Below are positions 33,949 to 43,048 of a stretch of 46,424 nucleotides of DNA, piece after piece. The stretch's first letter is position 1. Each line of letters begins with the position of its first letter. Origin of the DNA: a virus (Duplodnaviria > Caudoviricetes); IMG/VR virus record IMGVR_UViG_3300037762_000087, positions 1 through 46,424 of that record; one strand, given 5' to 3'. A model generated the notes under the pieces. It worked only from the letters and a program-made list of their open reading frames with translations, did no database searches and was not told where the DNA came from. Both the position numbers and the translations under genes were made by a program.

Positions 33949-34154
33949 TGCCACCGCGCGTTACCGCCTATCGCGTGAGCTACCAGGAGGGCCGCCACGA
34001 GCCGCGCATCGAGGCAGGCGTGATCTGCGAGGACTGCTTTGAGGGCATGCACGGGCAGCGCCTCTGGGGCATTCACTCGGAGTATCTGACGGCCGACGTG
34101 CCGGAGTCGTGCGCGTGGTGCCGGCTGCGGTTCACGGCGAAAGGGGTGGAGTAA
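33930..34154 (+). CDS. Small Cys-rich hypothetical protein
   Basis: AAGGAG RBS; CEDC..CAWC. Confidence 0.5.
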   Translation: MRRNPVMPPRVTAYRVSYQEGRHEPRIEAGVICEDCFEGMHGQRLWGIHSEYLTADVPESCAWCRLRFTAKGVE

Positions 34155-34393
34155 TGGATTTTGTGATCGGGACTGGCTCTGAACTGTGCCAGAAGTTCGC
34201 CGGGCAGAAGTGGGCCAGCGTTGAGGATGCTGCCGCGAATGGGGCCGACGGCTTGCGCGATGCGGGAATCCGATCTGCTGTTGGCGGTGCGCTGGCGCCG
34301 GTAGCGAAGCTAGAAGATGGCGAGTTCTGTTTGCGCCGCTGCACATCGATTGCCTTCGGCGTGATTGCGACGGTTTACGAGCAGCGGTTCTAG
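34154..34393 (+). CDS. Hypothetical protein
   Basis: TAATG coupling, GGAG RBS. Confidence 0.45.
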   Translation: MDFVIGTGSELCQKFAGQKWASVEDAAANGADGLRDAGIRSAVGGALAPVAKLEDGEFCLRRCTSIAFGVIATVYEQRF

Positions 34394-34395
34394 CC

Positions 34396-34818
34396 ATGAT
34401 CGGCTTCGCCAAGCCCGCCCGTGGCTCCGCGCTCCTGGCACGGCGTGAGCGCAAAGCCGAGCGCAAGCGCCAGTCGATGCGCGCGTGGCTGACGGACTGG
34501 CGAACGCGCACCAAGGCGAAGCAGAAGCTGAGAGTGTCCGCCTTCGAGCGCGACGGCGGGCGCTGCCGGGCGTTCTGGACGAAGCTCTCGCTGACCGGCG
34601 GGCCGTTCGAGGCCATGAACCTGCACCACATTGTGCCAGTCAGTCTCGGCGGATCGGACGAGCTGTTCAACCGCGTCAGCTTGTCGTTCAACGCGCACCG
34701 CATGATCCATGACGACCTGCTCGACTGTGAAGGCGACGGGAACGGTCTCGTGACGTTCACGCAGAAGGACCGCAAGGGCCGGATCGTGCATGCCTGGACC
34801 TCGGAGCCGCGCCGATGA
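34396..34818 (+). CDS. HNH endonuclease-like protein
   Basis: ERDGGRCR, HHIVPVSLGGSD...N...L...AH..IH. Confidence 0.75.
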   Translation: MIGFAKPARGSALLARRERKAERKRQSMRAWLTDWRTRTKAKQKLRVSAFERDGGRCRAFWTKLSLTGGPFEAMNLHHIVPVSLGGSDELFNRVSLSFNAHRMIHDDLLDCEGDGNGLVTFTQKDRKGRIVHAWTSEPRR

Positions 34819-34982
34819 ATCGCTACGTCTTAGCCCAGCGTGAGGCGGCGAGAGCCAAGCGGCATCGGCAGGTCGAGTCCGCGATGATCTGGTTGATGTT
34901 CGCCACGTTCTTTACCGTCGCGGGCGTGCTGACGCTGATCGTGCTGGGCAGTGTGGCCTATGGGGCGTGGACATGGCGGTGA
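34815..34982 (+). CDS. Small membrane protein
   Basis: 55 aa, ATGA overlap, one TM helix (below the ORF track cutoff). Confidence 0.45.
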   Translation: MNRYVLAQREAARAKRHRQVESAMIWLMFATFFTVAGVLTLIVLGSVAYGAWTWR

Positions 34983-35209
34983 ATCGCCAGGAACTCATCA
35001 TGGCAAATCCAGTCTTAACGGAAGCCGATTGCATCCGGTGGCAGACGAACGGCGAAGAATTACGGGCAGCCGTGGCGTGGCGCATCATCACCGACCAAGA
35101 TGACGTGCTCTCGGCATTTACCAGTGTGCCTCGATCGGTTCTGTTGAACTTCGCACACTCGGGGCGGATCGACGAACGGTATCGCCGGATTCTCGAAGCG
35201 TTCAAGTAG
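34973..35209 (+). CDS. Hypothetical protein
   Basis: ORF within the small-gene array; start uncertain. Confidence 0.4.
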   Translation: MAVNRQELIMANPVLTEADCIRWQTNGEELRAAVAWRIITDQDDVLSAFTSVPRSVLLNFAHSGRIDERYRRILEAFK

Positions 35210-35223
35210 GGAAGGAGACTCAC

Positions 35224-35352
35224 ATGCGATGGATTCTTGATGGGTTTCGGCAGTCGTTTATGCGCTGCGCGTGTGGCAAGCGCCACGTTGGGTTCCGCAC
35301 ATTCAAGCTCGCATGGGGGCAGCGACACTACGGTCGTGGGCTGGCCCGATGA
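35224..35352 (+). CDS. Small hypothetical protein
   Basis: Strong AAGGAG RBS, 42 aa, coupled to the next gene. Confidence 0.4.
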   Translation: MRWILDGFRQSFMRCACGKRHVGFRTFKLAWGQRHYGRGLAR

Positions 35353-35693
35353 GTGAAACAGCCCCGAAAGGCATCTACGTCTACCAGCCCTACGGATCCG
35401 CCACGCATCCTGATCGCGCCAGAACGGGCCGTCTCTTTGGCCTTGGCGGATTGCCGTTTGACGTGGAGTGCAAGGGCTTGACGCGCGAGGAGGCTGATGC
35501 GTTCGCCGAGGCGCTGAATGAGATTTGTTGGATGGCTGACCGCTGCTCGGCATGTGGCCATCGATTTAGATTCTCATCTACGTACTGTCCGCAATGCGGT
35601 GACAATGCCGTTCCGCCGTGGGAAGAACCGGAGTTGTGGCCAGAAAGATGTGACTGCGACCATTGTGTTGCAGCACGTGAGCGAAAGGACTAA
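35349..35693 (+). CDS. Zn-finger-containing hypothetical protein
   Basis: CSAC..CPQC..CDCDHC; ATGA overlap. Confidence 0.5.
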   Translation: MSETAPKGIYVYQPYGSATHPDRARTGRLFGLGGLPFDVECKGLTREEADAFAEALNEICWMADRCSACGHRFRFSSTYCPQCGDNAVPPWEEPELWPERCDCDHCVAARERKD

Positions 35694-35696
35694 CTG

Positions 35697-36071
35697 ATGC
35701 CACCCGCTGACCGGAAGGCGCTCGTGGAGCGGTTGGAGCGCATCGTGAATCTGCACAATGAGCATTGTGAGTTGCTCGATCTGGCTGAGGACGTGCTGGA
35801 CCTACTTCGCGCTGACGAGGCCGAGCGGGACAAGTGGCTGGATGCCTTCAATCGTTCGGAGCAGTTTCAGTCTGGGCCGCTCACGCGAGCCGAGCAAGCC
35901 GAAGCCCGAGAGCGGGTGCTGCTGGAGGCGCTGGCCGCCATCCTGCGAGAGCCGTTCGGGTGTCCTTGGTGTGATTCTGGGAAGTTGCGGCCGGGCTGCA
36001 CGGAACACGGGAGCGACTGCGGGTTCGCCTTGGCGCTGGCCGCCACCCGAGAGGAGCCGAGCGATGCGTGA
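35697..36071 (+). CDS. Mosaic hypothetical protein
   Basis: AAAGGA RBS; shares N-terminal, middle and C-terminal blocks with the ORFs at 45126 and 46008. Confidence 0.6.
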   Translation: MPPADRKALVERLERIVNLHNEHCELLDLAEDVLDLLRADEAERDKWLDAFNRSEQFQSGPLTRAEQAEARERVLLEALAAILREPFGCPWCDSGKLRPGCTEHGSDCGFALALAATREEPSDA

Positions 36072-36222
36072 ACGCCTGTATCAGATACGACGATTCTGGC
36101 GCCATCGGATTGTCCGAACGCACTACTGGTGTCGGTGCGGCGCGTCGGTAGGGTATCGATATCGCCGCGAACACGAGGAGTTTCATCAAGCCCTGCGCGA
36201 GTTCTCCTCGTCGCCGAAGTGA
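36064..36222 (+). CDS. Small hypothetical protein
   Basis: GAGGAG RBS; C.CG...H..H. Confidence 0.45.
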   Translation: MRERLYQIRRFWRHRIVRTHYWCRCGASVGYRYRREHEEFHQALREFSSSPK

Positions 36223-36226
36223 ATTA

Positions 36227-36481
36227 ATGGCTATCGCTCTCCTGCTTGCCGTCTGCTGTCTCGGCCTGTGCGCCGTGCTGGCGCTCCGCCGCTACCGCGA
36301 ACGCCGCACGCCCGATGCATCCTGGCAGCCCACGGGCACGAGACGCACGACAGAAGGCCACTACGACCAGCAGAAGGCCAGTGCAGGGGTGGCGAAGGCC
36401 AAGCACAGCTCGCCGACTGGCCGGGCGTATCAGCCGCGGCAGGGGCCTGTGGACGTGTTCAGGCGGAAGGCGGGCCAGTGA
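36227..36481 (+). CDS. Small protein with an N-terminal TM anchor
   Basis: Hydrophobic N-terminus; coupled to the next gene. Confidence 0.45.
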   Translation: MAIALLLAVCCLGLCAVLALRRYRERRTPDASWQPTGTRRTTEGHYDQQKASAGVAKAKHSSPTGRAYQPRQGPVDVFRRKAGQ

Positions 36482-37062
36482 TGGCGCTGACGCTGGCGCA
36501 ACGCGCGGACGCCTACGCGGACACGTTCCCGAAGTATCCCGCCTCGCACCTGCGGCTGGTGCAGGAAAACGGCGGCGACTGCCTGTACGGCACGTGGGTG
36601 CTGGGCAACAACTACCGCGCGAAAGAGGGCTACTACGGGGAGTATCCGCCGGACTATCTCACGCGCGTGATGGCGCTCTTTCCTGACGTGGGCAACGCCG
36701 TGCTACACGCCTTCTCGGGCTCGGTGCCGAAGGGACCGTATGACCGCTGTGACCTGACGCAGCCGTGCGAGTTCCCGGGAGACATTCTCACGCTCTGTCA
36801 GGACGTCTGGCGCTGGTACTTGGTGCTGGCCGATCCGCCCTACACGCCGGCCGATGCCGAACGCTACCGCACGCCGATGGTGAACCGAGCCAAGGTCATC
36901 CGGGCACTCGCGCGCGTGGTCTACGCAGGCGGTCATCTCGCATGGCTCGATACGGTCTGGCCGATGCACCGGAAAAGCGAGTGGCGCACCGCCGCCCGAA
37001 TCACCATCGTGCGCTCGACGAATCATCGCGTGCGCCTGTTGACCATTTTCGAGCGGCAATGA
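36481..37062 (+). CDS. Compact SAM-dependent amino-methyltransferase-like protein
   Basis: YYG.YP..YL, VLHAFSG (motif I-like), LADPPY (motif IV). Confidence 0.6.
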   Translation: MALTLAQRADAYADTFPKYPASHLRLVQENGGDCLYGTWVLGNNYRAKEGYYGEYPPDYLTRVMALFPDVGNAVLHAFSGSVPKGPYDRCDLTQPCEFPGDILTLCQDVWRWYLVLADPPYTPADAERYRTPMVNRAKVIRALARVVYAGGHLAWLDTVWPMHRKSEWRTAARITIVRSTNHRVRLLTIFERQ

Positions 37063-37265
37063 CGATGCTGCCCACCATCGACCGCCGTCCCGGCTCACCG
37101 CCCATGCGCTTGCAAGCTGGCGACAAGCGCTACCTGCTCATGCCCATCGAGTGGCGTGAAGGCCCGCGCGTGGTGGTGACGATCCTGCGAATCGGCGTGG
37201 ATGGGCAGGGCCAGCCCGTGACGGCCAGTTTGGGCCGGAGCGGCAGTGTGGTGGTGGGGACGTGA
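37059..37265 (+). CDS. Hypothetical protein
   Basis: Coupled at both ends. Confidence 0.4.
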   Translation: MTMLPTIDRRPGSPPMRLQAGDKRYLLMPIEWREGPRVVVTILRIGVDGQGQPVTASLGRSGSVVVGT

Positions 37266-38197
37266 CGCAGCAGAACAACGAGGAGGCGAGATTGACGAAT
37301 GCGCTAGCGAAGCCGACAGCAGGAAAACTCTCGAAGTACAACCCCGAGCGCGGCCTAAAGACAATCGCCGTCGCCGAGGCAGCCGTGAAGCACTACGCAC
37401 GAGCCAAGGACGCGGGCAAGCTCTCTGAGGCCATCCGCGCGAAGCTCACGGCACAAGCTGAGTTCGTGCTCTGGTGGGATACGCAGGTGGAGAAGCAACA
37501 GGGCTCCCGCGGCGTCGGTAAGAAAGTGGCGTCTCAGATCGGTGACGCCACTTTTCGAGCCGGCGATAACGGCCTGCCGGATCGTCAGACAATCTCGCGC
37601 TGGCGCAAGAAGCTCAATGATCCGGATCGGTTCGAGACGGCGTACGAGCAGGCTGTCGCCAAGTACCGCAAGCTCTTGGAGTTCGACACCACCGCGCACG
37701 TCGGCCATAACAGCGGCGAGAACGAGTGGTACACGCCTGCCGAGTACATCGAAGCCGCGCGCATCGTGATGGGTGGGATCGATCTTGACCCGGCCACGTC
37801 GGACGCGGCCAACCGCGTTGTGAAGGCCGCCCAGATCTTCACCGAAAGCGACGACGGCCTCACCGAGCAATGGGACGGCCGCGTGTGGATGAATCCTCCC
37901 TACGCGCAACCGCTAATCTCTACGTTCTGCGAGAAGCTGGCCGAGAGCGTTCGTGTAGGCACCGTCACCCAGGCGTGCGCGCTGGTCAATAACGCCACGG
38001 AGACTCAGTGGTTTCGGGCTCTTGTGGACGTGTCCGCAGTGATCTGTTTTCCCACTGGTCGGGTTCGGTTTTGGAGTCCGTCAAAGGAAAGCGCCACACC
38101 GCTACAGGGCCAGGCGGTGCTCTACGCTGGCGCAAATGTTTCAGTGTTTACTGAGCACTTCAGCGCGTTTGGCTGGATCGCTGACATCAGTCGGTAA
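37262..38197 (+). CDS. Phage DNA N6-adenine methyltransferase (Dam/T1-like) with an extra N-terminal domain
   Basis: NEWYTP, IDLDPAT, WDGRVWMNPPY, LVNNATET.WF, GRVRF, PLQGQ. Confidence 0.88.
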   Translation: MTQQNNEEARLTNALAKPTAGKLSKYNPERGLKTIAVAEAAVKHYARAKDAGKLSEAIRAKLTAQAEFVLWWDTQVEKQQGSRGVGKKVASQIGDATFRAGDNGLPDRQTISRWRKKLNDPDRFETAYEQAVAKYRKLLEFDTTAHVGHNSGENEWYTPAEYIEAARIVMGGIDLDPATSDAANRVVKAAQIFTESDDGLTEQWDGRVWMNPPYAQPLISTFCEKLAESVRVGTVTQACALVNNATETQWFRALVDVSAVICFPTGRVRFWSPSKESATPLQGQAVLYAGANVSVFTEHFSAFGWIADISR

Positions 38198-38643
38198 TGC
38201 TCGTGGCTACTTGGGAAAGCATCGCCGAGAAGCCGCGCGGAACCATTCGCGACCGGAATGCCGGCCGCCAACTCGTGGACTTTCGCGGCCTACGGTGGGG
38301 AAAGATCACGCCAACGGACTTGGATTTGTCAGCGCATCGTGTCAGGTGTTCAGTAGACATGGGCGGGCGGGCGTTCGCGTGGGTTGAGTTCAAACACAAA
38401 GGGGCCGAGCCAACAACCGGGCAATGGTTGCATCTGGCATATCTCGTGTCGAACTCGAAAGCCCCTGCCGTGGCTGTAGTTGCCGAGCATGAACACCAAA
38501 TCACTGAAGACATCGACGCGGCGACAGCGTTGGTACGCTGCCACCTGTCTACTTTTTCGCGTGCATGGGTGCAAGCGCGCCATGGCCTGACAGTGTTCGA
38601 GTGCCTTGATCAGTTCTTTAGTGAGAATGCCGGAGGCTTGTAG
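38197..38643 (+). CDS. Putative PD-(D/E)xK-like protein
   Basis: DF.GL..GKITPTDLD..VEFK.KG....GQ. Confidence 0.45.
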   Translation: MLVATWESIAEKPRGTIRDRNAGRQLVDFRGLRWGKITPTDLDLSAHRVRCSVDMGGRAFAWVEFKHKGAEPTTGQWLHLAYLVSNSKAPAVAVVAEHEHQITEDIDAATALVRCHLSTFSRAWVQARHGLTVFECLDQFFSENAGGL

Positions 38644-38813
38644 TGTGACCTGCTGCTGCTGTCTCTCATGGAAGCGCAAATCGTTTCGCTACGGCGTGTG
38701 CTGGCGGCATCAGGTGTACGTGCTGGCTGATGACCGCTGGCCGTGCTTCGAGCCGAAGCTGGTAGCCGTCCGGGAACAGGGCAGCGTGAAGCGGTGACGA
38801 AAGGGGGCACTGG

Positions 38814-39695
38814 TTGGCGTGGTTAAAGGTGGACGATCGCTTCCCGTCGCACCCGAAAGTCGTGCGCGCCGGCTTGGGCGGCTGGCTCGCGCTCTGCGGG
38901 ATCTGCTACTGCCGGGCCCACCTGACGGATGGATTCATTCCGAGAGAAGCTGTGCCGACACTCGCCCCAGGCTTGACGCGCGCGCTGCACCATGCGGCCC
39001 GTCTCGTGGCGCTGGGTCTCTGGCACGAGCACCCGGACGGGTATCTGGTGCATGACTTCCTGGAGTGGAACCCGTCCCGCGCCGACGTCTTGTCCCACAG
39101 GGACATGGAAAGGGACAAAAAGCGGACACAACGGGGACAGAGTGGGGACACTCGCGGGCGGGCGCGCGCAAGCGCGGGTGTGCGTGGCTCTCCCTCTCTC
39201 TCTGCCTCTTCGGGCTCTACGGACGGATCGGATCTCGATCCCGACAAGGACGCGGCGCTCAGTCCAGTCGGCCTAGCGGAACTCTGGAACACGCGCACCA
39301 CGCCGCCCCTGCCGCGCTGCCTGATCCCGATGTCAGGCGCCCGCCAGGGCCGTGCCCGGGCCCGTCTTCGCGAGCACCCGCAGCCCGAGTACTGGCAGAC
39401 GGTGCTCGACGGGATCGAAGCATCGGCGTGGTGTCGCGGCGAGAACGATCGCGGCTGGCGGGCGAGCTTCGACTGGCTGCTGCAGGCCGACGTTGGGGCG
39501 AAGGTGCTCGAAGGGAAATACGCCCGGTGCGCCAGTCGGCCGTCGCCGGCCACCACGAAAGGCCAGCGGACGATTGACGGAATGCGGGAGGTGCTCGATG
39601 CCTGGGACGACGCGGAACGAGAGCCGGAATCGCCGGGAGATCGGGAAGTGGCTCGCGTGGCTCGTGGCGGTTCGACGCGCAGAACTGAGCCGTGA
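38814..39695 (+). CDS. Phage replication initiator (O-like / replisome organiser)
   Basis: TTG start; AWLKVDD.F..HPKV, TDGFIP, LV..GLW, HDFLEWNPS; C-terminal GENDRGWRASFDWLL..KVLEGKY. Confidence 0.75.
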   Translation: MAWLKVDDRFPSHPKVVRAGLGGWLALCGICYCRAHLTDGFIPREAVPTLAPGLTRALHHAARLVALGLWHEHPDGYLVHDFLEWNPSRADVLSHRDMERDKKRTQRGQSGDTRGRARASAGVRGSPSLSASSGSTDGSDLDPDKDAALSPVGLAELWNTRTTPPLPRCLIPMSGARQGRARARLREHPQPEYWQTVLDGIEASAWCRGENDRGWRASFDWLLQADVGAKVLEGKYARCASRPSPATTKGQRTIDGMREVLDAWDDAEREPESPGDREVARVARGGSTRRTEP

Positions 39696-39978
39696 GGAGT
39701 CGGCGGCGTATCTCGGCGGGCTGGTGGATTTACCGGCCTGGGCGGTCGAGCGCGCATGCCGCTACGTGGGGAGCCATCCGCGCGGCGAGTACGAATCGGC
39801 CATGCCGGATCTCGGCGCGATTCGGGCACGAGCGCTCGCACAGATCCGGCTCGAGCAGGATCGACGCGACAGCGCTCGACTGTTGCGCGCGCCGGACTTC
39901 GAGCCGGTGCCAACGGAGCGTATCGAGTCGTTTATGGCGAAGATTCGGGAGGCGATTGGTCGAAAGGCGATGCCGTGA
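39598..39978 (+). CDS. Putative helicase loader/inhibitor (P-like)
   Basis: GGGAGG RBS before ATG 39598; Y..GL.DLP..AVERAC..MP....IR; directly after the initiator. Confidence 0.55.
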   Translation: MPGTTRNESRNRREIGKWLAWLVAVRRAELSREESAAYLGGLVDLPAWAVERACRYVGSHPRGEYESAMPDLGAIRARALAQIRLEQDRRDSARLLRAPDFEPVPTERIESFMAKIREAIGRKAMP

Positions 39979-40039
39979 TGCTGTTCGATGAGCTGGTTGG
40001 CGGTGTCGATGCGAAGCGCCGGGCCGCCGGGAGGGACGC

Positions 40040-41758
40040 GTGATCCGCGCCGTGGATCTGTTTGCGGGCGCCGGCGGGTGCTCAACCGGGCTGCTTCAGG
40101 CCGCCACACGACGCCGGGAGTCAGTAGATCTGGTCGCGGTCAACCACTGGCCGATCGCCGTGGAGACGCACACGCGGAATCACCCGGAGGCTCGACATTT
40201 CTGCGCGCCCGTTGAGACTTTGGACCCACGGGTTGCTGTGCCGGGCGGGAAACTCGACATCCTGATCGCCGCGCCTGAGTGTACCCACCACAGCACAGCC
40301 AGAGGCGGTAAGCCGATCAACGACCAGTCGCGCGCCTCGGCGTGGCACATTCTGCGGTGGCTCGAACTCTTGTCGGTCGAGCACGTCCTGATTGAGAACG
40401 TGCCGGAGTTCCAAACCTGGGGGCCGATCGGAAAGACTGGCCGGCCGTTGAAGCACCAGAAGGGCGAGACATTCCGCGCGTTCATTGCCGCGCTCGAATC
40501 CTACGGGTATCGCGTTGAGTGCAAGGTCCTGAACGCCGCCGACTACGGCGCGGCGACGACGCGCCGGCGGCTCTTCATCGTGGCACGCCGCGGCAAGGTC
40601 GCGCCGTCATGGCCGGCGCCGACCCATTCGAAGACCGGCGCGCCGACGCTCTTCGGTGGGTCACGGAAGTGGCGCGCGGCGCGCGAGATCATCGACTGGT
40701 CGCTGCCGAGTCAGTCGATCTTCACGCGGGCGCGGCCGCTCAAGCCGGCGACGATGCGCCGGATTCTTGAAGGGCTGCGACGATTTGGCGGGGCCGAACT
40801 CGAGCCGTTCCTGGTTATTCTGCGGCAGCACATGGCCGGGCGATCGCTCGACGGGCCACTGCCGGCGCTCACCGCTGAGGGCACGCACGTCGGCTTGGCG
40901 CAGCCGGTGATTGTTAAGGTCACGCATGGCGATCGGAAGCGCGAGCGATCGGTGGACGAGCCGCTGCCGACGATCACGGCTGCGAACCGAGGGGAACTCG
41001 GCGTCGCCGAACCGTTCTTGATTCCCTACCACGCCGAGCGCGCGGGCCAATCGCCCCGGACGCATGATGTGAATGCGCCGCTGCCGGTCGTGCCGACGTC
41101 GCCCGTGTTCGGCCTTGTCGAGCCCTTCATCGTCACGCCAGGTGGTCCGAATCTGCGCGGTGGTCGGTCCGTCGCGGATCCACTCGCGACGGTCTGTGGC
41201 GGCGATCGGTTCGCCATTGTCGAGCCTTTCGTACTGCAGCAGCAATCCGGCGGGGTTGCGCGAACAGTTGAGGAGCCCGCGCCGACGATCGCGGCGAAGG
41301 GCGCCGTGGCGCTCGTGGAGCCGTTCATCGTGCCTCCGCGGCACATGGGCGACGGCGCCGTGGACTCTGTCGATCAGCCCGTTCGGACCGTGACCGCCGC
41401 GGCCGGGCACGTCTTTGGCCTTGCCGAGCCGTTCCTGACGAAGTACACGAGCACCGGCCAAGCCTACTCGGTGGAGCAGCCGATCGACACCATCACGACG
41501 CGCGATCGGTTCGGCTTGGTCCAGCCGGTCGTCAACGGCTACGTCCTCGACATCAAGTTTCGCATGCTGCAGCCCCACGAACTGGCCGCGGCGATGAGCT
41601 TCCCGAAGGGCTACGTCTTCACGGGCAACAAAGGCGATGCGATCAAGCAGATCGGGAACGCGGTTGATTGCGCGATGGCCGAGGCGTTGACGGGTGCGAT
41701 TCTCGACACGCGGAACCAAGGCGCCACGACGCCCATTCGAAAGCGAGCGACCGCATGA
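40040..41758 (+). CDS. DNA cytosine-C5 methyltransferase with a repeat-expanded variable region
   Basis: DLFAGAGG, NHW, APECTHHS (catalytic Cys), ENVPEF, LNAADYGA.T.R.RLF, RMLQPHEL..AM.FP, KQIGNAV. Confidence 0.93.
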   Translation: MIRAVDLFAGAGGCSTGLLQAATRRRESVDLVAVNHWPIAVETHTRNHPEARHFCAPVETLDPRVAVPGGKLDILIAAPECTHHSTARGGKPINDQSRASAWHILRWLELLSVEHVLIENVPEFQTWGPIGKTGRPLKHQKGETFRAFIAALESYGYRVECKVLNAADYGAATTRRRLFIVARRGKVAPSWPAPTHSKTGAPTLFGGSRKWRAAREIIDWSLPSQSIFTRARPLKPATMRRILEGLRRFGGAELEPFLVILRQHMAGRSLDGPLPALTAEGTHVGLAQPVIVKVTHGDRKRERSVDEPLPTITAANRGELGVAEPFLIPYHAERAGQSPRTHDVNAPLPVVPTSPVFGLVEPFIVTPGGPNLRGGRSVADPLATVCGGDRFAIVEPFVLQQQSGGVARTVEEPAPTIAAKGAVALVEPFIVPPRHMGDGAVDSVDQPVRTVTAAAGHVFGLAEPFLTKYTSTGQAYSVEQPIDTITTRDRFGLVQPVVNGYVLDIKFRMLQPHELAAAMSFPKGYVFTGNKGDAIKQIGNAVDCAMAEALTGAILDTRNQGATTPIRKRATA

Positions 41759-41952
41759 GCCAGCAAGGCGTCCTGTCCGACGTGGAGACAGTGGCCTCGC
41801 CGCTCTGCATCTACGTGCGTTGCAGCAGGAAGGGCCGTGCCGTCCTGGGCGACCCGCGCGACTGCGGCGGGTGCGTGAACCGAACGATCCGATGTCTCGG
41901 ATGCGGGGCGACTGGCGAACAGAGCACGCGGAAGGATCTGGCGAAGCCATGA
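41755..41952 (+). CDS. Small Cys-rich (Zn-ribbon) protein
   Basis: Three Cys pairs; ATGA overlaps. Confidence 0.5.
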   Translation: MSQQGVLSDVETVASPLCIYVRCSRKGRAVLGDPRDCGGCVNRTIRCLGCGATGEQSTRKDLAKP

Positions 41953-42242
41953 GACGCGCCGCCCGCACAGACAGCACGCAAGCCGAGATTGTGGACGTGC
42001 TCAAGGCTTACGGCTGCCGAGTGCGCCGGATTCAGTCGCCGGAGCCAGGGACACCGGATCTGCTGGTGCTGCGCTATGCCCCGCACAGCTTGAGGCCCCT
42101 GGTGTTCGAGGTTGTCCTGGTCGAGTGCAAGGCCCGCACAGGGAAGCTCAGGACGGCCCAGCAGCGGCTGAGAGACGACGGTTGGCCGATTGTGGTCTTG
42201 CGCTCGGCTGACGAGGCGATGGCGTGGCTGAGGGGCGGCTAG
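41949..42242 (+). CDS. VRR-NUC / Holliday junction resolvase-like nuclease
   Basis: RRAARTD..Q.EIV..L...G, GTPDLLV, VECK...GKL...Q, V.RS.DEA. Confidence 0.8.
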   Translation: MRRAARTDSTQAEIVDVLKAYGCRVRRIQSPEPGTPDLLVLRYAPHSLRPLVFEVVLVECKARTGKLRTAQQRLRDDGWPIVVLRSADEAMAWLRGG

Positions 42243-42508
42243 GGGCGTATGGGCTACTTTCCGAACGGCTCGTCAGGCAGCGACTACGAAGCGCAGTATT
42301 GCAGTCGGTGCGTCCATCAGAATGGCCCGGACGGCACGAGCGGCTGCGCGGTCTGGCTGGCGCACCTGCTGGACAACTACGACGAGTGCAATCAGGACGA
42401 GAGCATTCTGGACCTCCTGATTCCACGGACGAAGGACGGGCTCGCGAATGAGCGATGCCGGATGTTCGTGCCGCGCCTGTATTCTGCGCGGCTCAGGGGC
42501 GGCTAGGG
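42231..42508 (+). repeat. 14-bp direct repeat AGGGGCGGCTAGGG (42231-42244; 42495-42508)
   Basis: Read directly; both adjacent ORFs end in LRGG-stop. Confidence 0.8.
42249..42506 (+). CDS. Conserved Cys-containing phage hypothetical protein flanked by direct repeats
   Basis: MGYFPNGS.G.DY...YC.RC.H...C.VW..H..C.MF. Confidence 0.65.
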   Translation: MGYFPNGSSGSDYEAQYCSRCVHQNGPDGTSGCAVWLAHLLDNYDECNQDESILDLLIPRTKDGLANERCRMFVPRLYSARLRGG

Positions 42509-42664
42509 CGTTTCCAGCCCTTTCTGGCGCAGGTAGGCGGCCAGTGGCAGTTTGGCGGCTCGAGCCAGCTTGCGGAGGGCCTTGGCCTCAGCCTGGGAGG
42601 CGGTGACCACGGCGAGCGGGTGGCGCTTGTGCTTGCCCAGGAGCGGGCGACCAATCTTGGCCAT
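42503..42664 (-). CDS. Small ribbon-helix-helix-like DNA-binding protein
   Basis: MAKIGRPLLG..., EAKALRKLARAAKLPLAAYLRQKGL; probably leaderless, with TGCTATCCT 8 nt upstream. Confidence 0.6.
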   Translation of the reverse strand: MAKIGRPLLGKHKRHPLAVVTASQAEAKALRKLARAAKLPLAAYLRQKGLETP

Positions 42665-42706
42665 ACCGGGGCAGGATAGCACGATTTTGGCCCCTGTCGA
42701 AAGGGC

Positions 42707-42735
42707 TTGACATTCGGCATATGGCGATTTAGAGT
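42707..42735 (+). promoter_or_regulatory. Rightward sigma70-type promoter for the accessory gene array
   Basis: TTGACA, 17 nt, TAGAGT, then GGAGG RBS and ATG 42758. Confidence 0.65.
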
Positions 42736-42757
42736 GGATGGCATGGAGGGACGGCCC

Positions 42758-43048
42758 ATGACGACACAAGCCAAGACTGTCGCGCGTCCAGCCTGCCCCT
42801 ACTGCGGCGAACAGCAAGGCTACGATGAAGCCACGCCATCAAAGCCAGTGCTTGGTCCGAAGTACATGGACGGCGTTCACAACGGCAAGATTGTGTGGAA
42901 GCGCGATACGTTCTTCAACACTCATTGCCGAGCCTGCGGTCAGCGCATAGTGTGGAGTGTGCGTCTGTATCCCAGACCTGCGCGGCCACGTTGGGGGAGG
43001 CCCTGGGGCGAGCGCAGTAGCAGTTCGGCTCCCTCCGGGGGCCAGTGA
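42758..43048 (+). CDS. Zn-ribbon hypothetical protein
   Basis: CPYC..CRAC; GGAGG RBS. Confidence 0.55.
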   Translation: MTTQAKTVARPACPYCGEQQGYDEATPSKPVLGPKYMDGVHNGKIVWKRDTFFNTHCRACGQRIVWSVRLYPRPARPRWGRPWGERSSSSAPSGGQ

